Source of the DNA: a virus
Length of the DNA: 64,000 bases
Direction: 5' to 3' (one strand)
IMG/VR virus record: IMGVR_UViG_3300028920_000027
Location: 96,001 to 160,000 of that record
The notes under the pieces were generated by a model that saw only the letters and a program-made list of their open reading frames with translations, searched no databases and was not told the origin of the DNA. The stretch's first letter is position 1. Each line of letters starts with the position of its first letter. Made by a program: the position numbers and the translations under genes. Positions 56,410 to 64,000 of this stretch are shown piece after piece.

Positions 56410-57075
56410 CTAACCCACCTCCCCTATCAACACCCCTACTGCATCCGCCGCGCCGAGCTCTCGTTGGTTGTTCGTCGGCGGGTGGGGGTGAACGCTATCT
56501 GCCCCATGCCCCGCGGCGCGGTCGAGGTAGGTGGCGCGAACCAATTCGAGGTCGTGACGGGCGTGGTCCACGTGCAGTAGATATGCCCGCAACGCGGGGG
56601 TGGTAGCCTTTTCCGTGGCGGCTCGTGGGTAGTTCACCGGGAGCGTGTCAAGCAAAGCATCGGTGAGGCCGACGATGCGTGTTGCGGCACACTGGCCGCG
56701 CTCGCGCTGGGCTCGGGCTTCGTCGCGCTCAATGGTTTGCCGCCCCTCATTTAACACGACGCGCACCAGTGTTTTTACAGCGGCGTCGAACTCTCCTGAA
56801 TCCGGCGTCCACTGCTCTAGGCGTCGCTCGATCTCGTTGACGGCCCGCTTCAGCTCGGGGAGCGGTAGGTTCCCAGCACCAGTATGGTGCATGTGCACGT
56901 CGAGGCACAGGCCGAGCAGGTTGTACTCGTCACGCTTGTAGATCCCGCAGTCATCAATCGCGCTCTGGCTTCGCCCGTGAAATTTGACACGCGGCATGCT
57001 CAGGTTTTCGGTATCGCTTCCCATTAGTATACTCCTATCTCCTATCATGTAAAACATGCTCAGAATGTGCACCAA
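56410..57075 (-). CDS. Hypothetical protein
   Basis: Open ORF; start uncertain. Confidence 0.45.
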   Translation of the reverse strand: MVHILSMFYMIGDRSILMGSDTENLSMPRVKFHGRSQSAIDDCGIYKRDEYNLLGLCLDVHMHHTGAGNLPLPELKRAVNEIERRLEQWTPDSGEFDAAVKTLVRVVLNEGRQTIERDEARAQRERGQCAATRIVGLTDALLDTLPVNYPRAATEKATTPALRAYLLHVDHARHDLELVRATYLDRAAGHGADSVHPHPPTNNQRELGAADAVGVLIGEVG

Positions 57076-57127
57076 ACACTTCTGGGCTCAGATCCAGAAG
57101 CCGACGACGAAGGCACGGAGAGGCCCT

Positions 57128-57515
57128 CTAGCTGAGGTACTTGAAGTCGGGGTTCCGGCGGAACTGGTCACTGTCCTTGTCGTGCTCCAGAGCACCGATT
57201 TCGACGAGCTTGTGCACCAGCTCGGTCAGTAGCTCTCCCGCGGGGTTGGCTGACCAGAAGATGTTTGCGGCTCTGGTGAAGCACGACGTCTACCCAGGAG
57301 CCTTCGGGGAGCAGGTCGAGGCTTTGTGCGAGGCGTAACTGCACGAGATCGAAGTCGGCCCACTCGGCAAGGTGTTTAGCGAGGGCGTTCCGCGGCGCTG
57401 GGAGGGCACCGGGGCCCTCTAGGGTCGAGTGGTTGGGGCGCTGGGGCTCAATGGCACCAGTACCAGGGTAGCAGATGCGGCAGTTGCCAAGAGCAAGGTC
57501 GTGACGACAGGACAT
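57128..57515 (-). pseudogene. Hypothetical protein split by a frameshift near 57265
   Basis: ...DVVLHQSRKH continues in another frame as WSANPAGELLTELVHKLVEIGALEHD...FRRNPDFKYLS-stop. Confidence 0.45.
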
Positions 57516-57745
57516 GGTAGACGGTACACCGACTTGGGGTAACTTTGACGGCATGAAGCGACCGCCGTTGGAAAAGCTTTCCTGACGTCCCTAGTCCTTG
57601 CTCATCAGCTCCCAAGACGTCGGGGGCGGGGCTGAGTAGCTCTTGGGTTTGACGTAGATGGGCGAGTCGGGGACCTTGTGTGGGTCCACGTTGGTGACTG
57701 AGGTGCACCGGGGAGTGGTGATTTTTGGATCGGATTGCGAGCCGT

Positions 57746-58096
57746 CTAACCACCACACTGCTCCCGGGACTGCCGTGACCGGTGTCGGGACCCGGCGTAC
57801 TCGTACCCCTTCGGCGCGTCAATCGTGTCGATGCGAATCTGAGCGGGGTCCGAGCCCTGACACATCTCAACAAGATCCTGGGCCACGTTACCGGCGCGGT
57901 CCCAGTTGTCCCCAGGGGTGCCTTCAAGGGCGCGACCCTTCTCGTCGCAGAAGATGTAGAGGTAGATGAGGGACTGGATGCCCTCGGTTTCCCCGTCGCA
58001 AATAACGGGGGTGAGTGCCTTCATCTCGGGCCAGGGGCCTTCTCCTAGCACGTAGTAGGTTCGGCGTTCGTCATTGAACAATTTGAAGATGTCCAT
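57746..58096 (-). CDS. Hypothetical protein
   Basis: ATG 6 nt after GGTG-TAAAGG. Confidence 0.55.
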   Translation of the reverse strand: MDIFKLFNDERRTYYVLGEGPWPEMKALTPVICDGETEGIQSLIYLYIFCDEKGRALEGTPGDNWDRAGNVAQDLVEMCQGSDPAQIRIDTIDAPKGYEYAGSRHRSRQSREQCGG

Positions 58097-58448
58097 GTCG
58101 ACCCTTTACACCAATGTGACGACAGGGGCTCATCGACAACCCACGGCTTGATCGAAGGCTGTGGGTTGTCTAGCTAGTAGCCGTTCCCGACGCCGCCCCC
58201 AGCCGGGTCGCTGTACCACACGTCGTCTTCGCTGTATTCCCCTTGGACGTGGCTTATCTCAGGCACTAAGGGCACGACCCGCAACAGGACTTGCATGGCC
58301 GCGCTGGGTCTCACGTAGTACAGCTCGCCCCAGACCCAGAACTTGGGGTACGGGATCATCCGTGCGGCGTCCGCTAGCGTCTTTGGTTTTGACCGTGCAT
58401 CCTTCACGTCTCGTCTCAGGTATCAATGCTTCTTCGCTCGGGAACGGC

Positions 58449-58757
58449 TTAGGTATTCGGCTTCTTCTTGTAGTCCTCAGGGTTGATACCACTGATGACC
58501 TTTTTCACGGCATCACTAAGGTCAAACTCCGAATTTACCAGGCCGTGGGAGAGTTGAGAAGCTCTCTGCTGGCCCGGTCGAACCCAGCGAACGACGATAC
58601 CACGGTCTTCGATGTCGGGTATCTTGGGCTTGGACGTGCCTAGGTCACAAACGAGGGTGACCTCGACCTCGGTACCATCTTCGCGGGCGTAGATGTTGGT
58701 ATGGGGGCCCCAGGTAGCAGAGTACCAAGCTTGCTTTTTGGAATCTAAAAATGACAT
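58449..58757 (-). CDS. Hypothetical protein
   Basis: AAGGA RBS. Confidence 0.5.
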   Translation of the reverse strand: MSFLDSKKQAWYSATWGPHTNIYAREDGTEVEVTLVCDLGTSKPKIPDIEDRGIVVRWVRPGQQRASQLSHGLVNSEFDLSDAVKKVISGINPEDYKKKPNT

Positions 58758-58807
58758 GGGTAGGGTCCTTCAGTTGGGTTGGTGTTGGTTGTTGAGTCGC
58801 TGGGCCA

Positions 58808-59047
58808 TCAGATTGCCGGTCCGGTCCACGGCTCCCAGACGCGCTCGTCGCGGGGGAGCATGAACATGAGGCACTTTTGCACCTCCAACGCGCCCGTGTC
58901 CGTGGCCCCATCCTCGACATCGCCCCACGGCAACGGTCGGCCATCCTTGTAGTGGATCGTCATCCGTCCCGCGGGCGTCCAGGGGTCACGGCGCACCTGG
59001 GGAAGCCGCTGCTCGAACACCTCTTGCAGGGTCAGGAGGGCGCTCAT
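58808..59047 (-). CDS. Hypothetical protein
   Basis: ATGA overlap. Confidence 0.5.
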   Translation of the reverse strand: MSALLTLQEVFEQRLPQVRRDPWTPAGRMTIHYKDGRPLPWGDVEDGATDTGALEVQKCLMFMLPRDERVWEPWTGPAI

Positions 59048-59418
59048 TCCAGCCCCAGCGCCCGCTTCTCATTGTCGTCGAGCTTGCTCAGCGCCCGCTT
59101 CCGGATCTCTTCGACGTCGAGCGTCGAGGGCCCGTCGAGGTCGATGGGCTTTTCGTCCTGGAGCAAGTAGACCTTGCCGTTGACCATAACGGCCCAGCGC
59201 GCCTTGATGTTGTGGTAGTGGTGACCCAGACGCCCGGTGACCTTTTGGGCGCCGGCTTCCGTCGAACGGAAGGCAAGGGTCCCGCGGTGCACGCCCCTAC
59301 CCCCGTCATCGGTCTGGTAGGCTTCGTAGACCTGTAAAGGTTCGCGATTACGACAGGGGACCGAGTCGTCGAAGGGGCTAGGCACGTCGCAGGGCTCGTT
59401 GTGGTGGTCATAAGGCAT
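59044..59418 (-). CDS. Hypothetical protein
   Basis: ATG 5 nt after GGTG-TAAAGT. Confidence 0.55.
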   Translation of the reverse strand: MPYDHHNEPCDVPSPFDDSVPCRNREPLQVYEAYQTDDGGRGVHRGTLAFRSTEAGAQKVTGRLGHHYHNIKARWAVMVNGKVYLLQDEKPIDLDGPSTLDVEEIRKRALSKLDDNEKRALGLE

Positions 59419-59478
59419 GTCCCACTTTACACCAAGCAGCTCGAATGCTTTTAGACCGGAGTGGTGTACCTTTTAGAC

Positions 59479-59994
59479 ATGATCGAAGCCTACGTTGCGC
59501 GACTCGACGGCAAGCTTGTCGGTTGGGTCCCCGTCGCTCAGCACGAGCGGTTCTATGGACCGGGCCCGGAGTTCGTCGTGAAAGTCGCTGCCCTCGAACC
59601 TGACGAGGTTTCGGATGTTGAGCTGGCTATGGCTCAAGACGCCCTTGAAGCGGCCCAGAGGACCCATGCAATGGCCGCTCTCGAAGCCCAGCTGGAGCCC
59701 CTCTCCGAAACCGTCTACGCCCTCCAGGTGAATGCCAACCGGTTTTGGCTCGATCAAGCCCCGCTTCGAATGGCCAAGTACCTCGAAACCTGGACCGAGG
59801 TTTGCCGTCTTGGCTACGAACTGATGTGGGTCCGACACCGTCGAGAGGTCGGGTGGAGAGTCATCACCTGGCTCACCTTCCTTGACCTTCAAAATGCGCC
59901 CTCCCCGCCCGCCAAGTGGGCACACGTGGTCCGGGAATCGCTTTTTGCCAACATCACACTACACATACCCGGGAAAGTGGTGACATGTCCCTGA
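59479..59994 (+). CDS. Hypothetical protein
   Basis: ATG 6 nt after GGTG-TACCTT. Confidence 0.55.
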   Translation: MIEAYVARLDGKLVGWVPVAQHERFYGPGPEFVVKVAALEPDEVSDVELAMAQDALEAAQRTHAMAALEAQLEPLSETVYALQVNANRFWLDQAPLRMAKYLETWTEVCRLGYELMWVRHRREVGWRVITWLTFLDLQNAPSPPAKWAHVVRESLFANITLHIPGKVVTCP

Positions 59995-60288
59995 AGCATC
60001 GCGACACCGTGGAGACCAGCTCCGAAGTCTTCACTCCCGGCTAAACCGTCTACGCCGCCCACGCGGATGAGGTTGAGCGTCTCGTCATCGTCGAGCAAGG
60101 GACCGGCGATTTCAACCTCAAATCCACTCCGGCCGACCCCTATGTCGTCTGGGACCCGGCCCACCCCGAAGAAGGGGGCGCCGTTTACAGCGGCCTACGT
60201 CTCTATGAAGACCCGCCGCAGCCGCTTCGGCAACTCTGGCCCTGGAACTCAACGAACCCTGAAAGTTCAGCCATTGGATTCTAGCCGC

Positions 60289-60627
60289 TCAAGGGTGGTC
60301 CGCCAAACGTCGAAGCTTTGTCTCCTGCGTCGCCAAGCCTGCCAGATAGAACGCCCGCGTTCGCTCATCTTCGACCGGAACGGGCCGGAACGCTTCGGGG
60401 TTGACGTTCAAGTACGTCGACGATCTTGAACTCGTCAGATAGGGTGGGTACGCACCCAGGTACTCCAAAAGATCGCCAACCACAGCATCGGCTCCAAACG
60501 CCGAGTCGTAATCCTTCTCGAGCTTGGCCCGGTAAGCGGCCAAGCAGGCCGCTTGCAAGAGCGCCAAGTGTGTCGCCGCCTGCTCTGGGATCCCCAATGG
60601 GCCCCATGGTCGCCGTACTATAGACAT
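60289..60627 (-). CDS. Hypothetical protein
   Basis: Open ORF. Confidence 0.4.
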   Translation of the reverse strand: MSIVRRPWGPLGIPEQAATHLALLQAACLAAYRAKLEKDYDSAFGADAVVGDLLEYLGAYPPYLTSSRSSTYLNVNPEAFRPVPVEDERTRAFYLAGLATQETKLRRLADHP

Positions 60628-60908
60628 TGACCCCCCAACTCCTCACCGTCAAAAAGCCGTCGAGCGTCTTCCGCCGAAACCAGCTGGTCTAGGTGTGTCA
60701 AAACATTGGTCAAGAGTTGTGGCGGAATGTCTTCCCGAGTGATGTTTATCGCCAAGAGCTGGCCGCCGGGACTGATCTTCAACTGATGCGCACGGATTGC
60801 CGCGCTCACCGCGTCGTATTTACCGTTGAGAATGACCACCCCACGGCACCCCGCCTTGTCCGCGTAGGAGCAGTAGGTCATCTGCTTCGGAACCTCACTG
60901 ATGCCCAT
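60618..60908 (-). CDS. Hypothetical protein
   Basis: ATG 5 nt after GGTG-TACTAG. Confidence 0.55.
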   Translation of the reverse strand: MGISEVPKQMTYCSYADKAGCRGVVILNGKYDAVSAAIRAHQLKISPGGQLLAINITREDIPPQLLTNVLTHLDQLVSAEDARRLFDGEELGGQCL

Positions 60909-60928
60909 ACCCACTAGTACACCGGAAT

Positions 60929-61561
60929 CTACGAAATGGGCCAACGAGCATGCTCAGGGGCCGGATCGAGGCTTATTTTCTGCCGAACTTGAGCGTCAAG
61001 CCAAGCATGGAGAACGCCACTGTCTGCAAAATCGGTCTGGAGAGGGACTCGGCCACAATTTGACCATACACGGTAGGGCTTGAGTTCGCCTTGAACGAGG
61101 TAGTTCTCATACCGAGGTGACACTTCGACTTTCGTGTTTGACCAAAGGCGAGCGTGGAGTGGGCCTCCTATGACCGTGACGAGCTTGACGTCCGAAGAGC
61201 CACGCCCAGCCTTCACCAGGTTGAGAAGGTCTCGGTGAAGTTGAGCGCGGAAGGCCGAGAGTGCTTGGTTGATGTACCGGGGTACGCCGGGAATGTCCGC
61301 ACAAGGAGCCTGGCGAAGGTCCTTGAGGGCATACTGGAATGACCCGGAGAAGGGTTTTTGACGGACAAGCCCTGCGTTTCTGCCCGAAGTCCAGAGGTCA
61401 CCGTTGAAGGTTCTACCCGTGAAGGACCCTCGGTCGATGATGAAGTGAGGTCGATCGAGAAGGGGCGGGGATCCCTCAGTCACGAGCAGAGGAGCGTCCT
61501 TCGGCAGCGAGACTGCTGCTGCCGTGATCCCGAGTAGCTGGAGGAAGACGCGGCGTTCCAT
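60929..61561 (-). CDS. Hypothetical protein with Tat-like signal peptide
   Basis: MERRVFLQLLGITAAAVSL; ATG 7 nt after GGTG-TATACT. Confidence 0.55.
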   Translation of the reverse strand: MERRVFLQLLGITAAAVSLPKDAPLLVTEGSPPLLDRPHFIIDRGSFTGRTFNGDLWTSGRNAGLVRQKPFSGSFQYALKDLRQAPCADIPGVPRYINQALSAFRAQLHRDLLNLVKAGRGSSDVKLVTVIGGPLHARLWSNTKVEVSPRYENYLVQGELKPYRVWSNCGRVPLQTDFADSGVLHAWLDAQVRQKISLDPAPEHARWPIS

Positions 61562-61616
61562 GGGAGCCAGTATACACCGATGCTGAGGTGGGCACGGCGC
61601 GACTTGCGCGGTTATG

Positions 61617-62651
61617 TTACACCAGCTCTGCCAGCGGTCTACCCTCGTGGGTGAGTCGCTCCACGCCGAACTGGAAGTACGTTGAATCGATCTCGCAAGC
61701 GCACGCACGACGCCCCAACCTGATGGCCGCGATGGTCGCGGAGAACAACCCGCCGAAAGGTTCCCAGATCACGTCGCCGACGTCGGTCAATGATGCGCTC
61801 CATCAGGGCAAGTGGCTTCTGGTTCAGGTGAACAGCCCTGCATCCGTTCTGCACCGTGTAGTGGAGCCAGATCCCAAACGTTGGTGACACCGTGTGGGCA
61901 GTGAAACTTGGCGCGCGTTCCGGCCCACGCGAGAAGTAGGGTCTTCCCGCCGGCTTGCCATGCTGGTTGGCGTAGTCAGAGATCCAGTACGTCTTTGAGC
62001 CGCGGATCGACGGGATGCTTCTCAAGCAGTGGCTCTTGGCCGAGTGGAAGCGCACCGGGCTTCCTCTGCGGCTGGCGAACACTGCGTGTGGTGTTCGGAA
62101 CGCCGCGACCAGGAAATACTTTGACCAGGGGCACGTCTGGTATTGGCCACCAGTCGAGATGTGTTGACGTTGCCAGCGACACCCTTATTCCAGATGTTCG
62201 CGTTCACATACCGAAAGCCGTGCCGCTCCAGTGTCGGGTGGGCCGCTGCCCAGCCGATCTCGCTGTTCCAGAACCACAGCGTCATACCGGGCTTGGCATA
62301 TCTGACCCACTCTCGCGCATGGGGTTCGTACCAGGCCGGAACGCCGAGATGGTCTGACGTGTCCCCTTCGAACCCGAGAACACCGTAGGCACCATCCGAA
62401 ACGATCGTGTCTGGGCGAGGCCACCTCGCGTAGTGATGTAAAGCGTCACCAAATGCCACCTCTGAGCCGTGAGCACGCCAGCGTTCTGTCGGTGGGGCGT
62501 TGCCCAGGCGAATAGCCTTCGCACGGCCCACTGTGCTCGGATATTCTCGATTGATCTGGGGACTGTTGTCGAGGAGTGACACACCACTGTCGCACCCACA
62601 CCCACATTTGGCCAAGTTTGGGGATCCATGACCATGAGATTCTCGCGGCAT
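61617..62651 (-). pseudogene. DNA methyltransferase pseudogene with an internal ~180-bp inversion and small indels
   Basis: Minus strand: IVSDGAYG...LWFWNSEIGWA...IWNKG and HLNQKPL.LMERII...WEPFGG; the middle segment reads on the plus strand (61982-62160). Confidence 0.8.
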
Positions 62652-62960
62652 GAGCCGCAGTCTACCTCAACCACATCAAGAAGTCCGAAGAGGTAAAACC
62701 TGCCGCCGCCAAGACTGCCCCCGCCAAGACTGCCCCCTGAGAGCCCCTTCGATCACTTGCAGGTAGCCGCCATCGACGTCGACGAAGCAGCTTCCCAAGG
62801 CGATCCAGCCTTGGCTAACTAGCCTGGGTGCGACGATGGGAAATAAGCTCGATCCCCCGCCCAAAGAGGGAGCGAGGGCTCGAAGACGCCTATGACCAAG
62901 GCGTATCCCGACGACTGGACCCTCTCAGCTTACTCGTGCAGGGTTCGCTGGCAACTTCTT

Positions 62961-63266
62961 TCAGCGGACCCGGTGCGTGGCTCGAGCCCGTAGCAGCGGT
63001 TTGAGGCCAGCGGCGGCCTTACTCAACGCGGCCCGCTCACCCGTGGTCAAATGCCCCCGGAACGCCTCTTCAGCCGCCTCGGCCACGTCAATGAGGCGGT
63101 CGAACACCTCGGCGAGCGCCTCATCCCGTTCGTCATCGTCCATGGACTCCAAGTCTTCGGGACGGTAGCCCAGGCTGCTGGGGTCGTAAGCTGCCTCGAC
63201 CAAGGTGTAAGCAAGCTTGGGATTCGTGGTCGCTAGTTGGACAGCGCGGTGCGCGAGTCGATCCAT
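62961..63266 (-). CDS. Hypothetical helical protein
   Basis: MDRLAHRAVQLATTNPKLAY... Confidence 0.45.
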   Translation of the reverse strand: MDRLAHRAVQLATTNPKLAYTLVEAAYDPSSLGYRPEDLESMDDDERDEALAEVFDRLIDVAEAAEEAFRGHLTTGERAALSKAAAGLKPLLRARATHRVR

Positions 63267-63335
63267 GCCAGACCGTTCCGATGAGTCTTTCCGGTGTATC
63301 CTCACAAACGTCTCCCCCGGGGAAGCCGCACACTG

Positions 63336-64000
63336 ATGGTCACCTACATTGAAGTCTCTCTCGGCACCAAGATCCCGTTCGATGAGTCTGCCTACGCCAT
63401 GTGGTACGGCTGCCGGCAGCTCGACGTCGAGACGCGCACCTTCGACTTCTTGCAAGATGTCGAGCCCGACCCGGAACATGTTGTGCACGGCAAGGTCCGC
63501 ACGGTGCTCCGAGCCCTGCGTCGACTCCAAGTGCCGCCGCCACCCCCGCTCGATGCCCCCGAGCCGCTCCTCCCCTTCTTCGGGCGCCGCATCTGGACCA
63601 CGACACTGGGCGCCATCCGCGAACACAGGGGTCGAGTGTTCATCAAGCCCGCTGAGGACCAGAAAGCCTTCACCGGGTTCGTCGCTGACGATCCCGTGCA
63701 GACCATGGTCCGAACTGCACCCTTTCCCAACGATATGCCATTGCTCGCTTCCGAACCCGTCACCTTCGTCGCTGAGTACCGCATCATGGTCCACCACAGG
63801 CGCCTCATCGCCTGCCGCCACTACTCAGGGGACTTCACCACCTCCCCCGACTTCAGCGTCGCCTATGCCGCCGTGAGAGCCTTCACGGCCGCCCCCTGTG
63901 CCTACAGCCTCGACCTCGGCGTCACCAATGATGACCGAACGCTCATCGTCGAGGTCAACGACGCCTGGGCGCTAGGCTCCTACGGTACGCCGCCCATGCT
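63336..64000 (+). CDS. ATP-grasp domain protein (DUF4343-like), truncated by window end
   Basis: VFIKPAEDQKAFTG...SEPVTFVAEYR...HYSGD...YSLDLGV...IVEVNDAWALGSYG. Confidence 0.8.
   Translation, partial: MVTYIEVSLGTKIPFDESAYAMWYGCRQLDVETRTFDFLQDVEPDPEHVVHGKVRTVLRALRRLQVPPPPPLDAPEPLLPFFGRRIWTTTLGAIREHRGRVFIKPAEDQKAFTGFVADDPVQTMVRTAPFPNDMPLLASEPVTFVAEYRIMVHHRRLIACRHYSGDFTTSPDFSVAYAAVRAFTAAPCAYSLDLGVTNDDRTLIVEVNDAWALGSYGTPPM

Noticed and set aside
15738-62740. Short tandem duplications (e.g. CAGTCGCTGACT x2 near 15740, AACACCGAGATA x2 near 21860, TTCTGC x4 near 41720, AAGACTGCCCCC x2 near 62715) as mobile elements or mini-arrays
   Set aside because: Only 2-4 adjacent copies with no spacers, terminal repeats or transposase; consistent with slippage.
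1-64000. Genome-wide TAG reassignment suggested by the CUA tRNA
   Set aside because: infA and the 5732-7108 methyltransferase end at TAG at their expected C-termini, and no clear gene is interrupted by in-frame TAG; the breaks seen are frameshifts.

Overview
This GC-rich window looks like the accessory/early region of a large (jumbo-type) phage genome; the host is unknown. It holds a 12-gene tRNA cluster (209-2201, minus strand), a DNA methyltransferase next to an apparently inactive paralogue, a J-domain protein, two sigma-like factors, translation and RNA-handling genes (IF-1, PTH2-like, metallophosphoesterase, HD hydrolase, SLOG, dual-specificity phosphatase, ATP-grasp) and many small unknown ORFs. 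The main feature is a compact type I-C-like CRISPR-Cas locus: leader, array 1 (~25 repeats), cas5d, cas8c, a stand-alone cas11, cas7, an SF2 helicase with no visible HD nuclease domain, and array 2 (~9 repeats). No cas1, cas2, cas3, cas4 or cas6 is present in the window. Strongest second-look signals: (1) two isolated copies of the array-1 repeat, 21 kb from the array, bracket a whole 246-aa gene and precede two tandem circularly permuted tRNA-like (Y-RNA/YrlA-like) RNAs, suggesting Cas5d processing of a non-CRISPR transcript; (2) degenerate repeats sit between cas11 and cas7; (3) a (T/S)-x-WER(L/I) peptide ends six mostly unrelated proteins; (4) a GGTG-TAnnnT promoter lies 5-7 nt before about 19 start codons, implying leaderless mRNAs; (5) a CUA-anticodon tRNA and tRNAs with expanded anticodon loops; (6) a small GG-ending ubiquitin/MoaD-like protein; (7) a methyltransferase pseudogene with an internal inversion. 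Family calls come from motif recognition by eye, with no database searches. Several frameshifts may be assembly errors.
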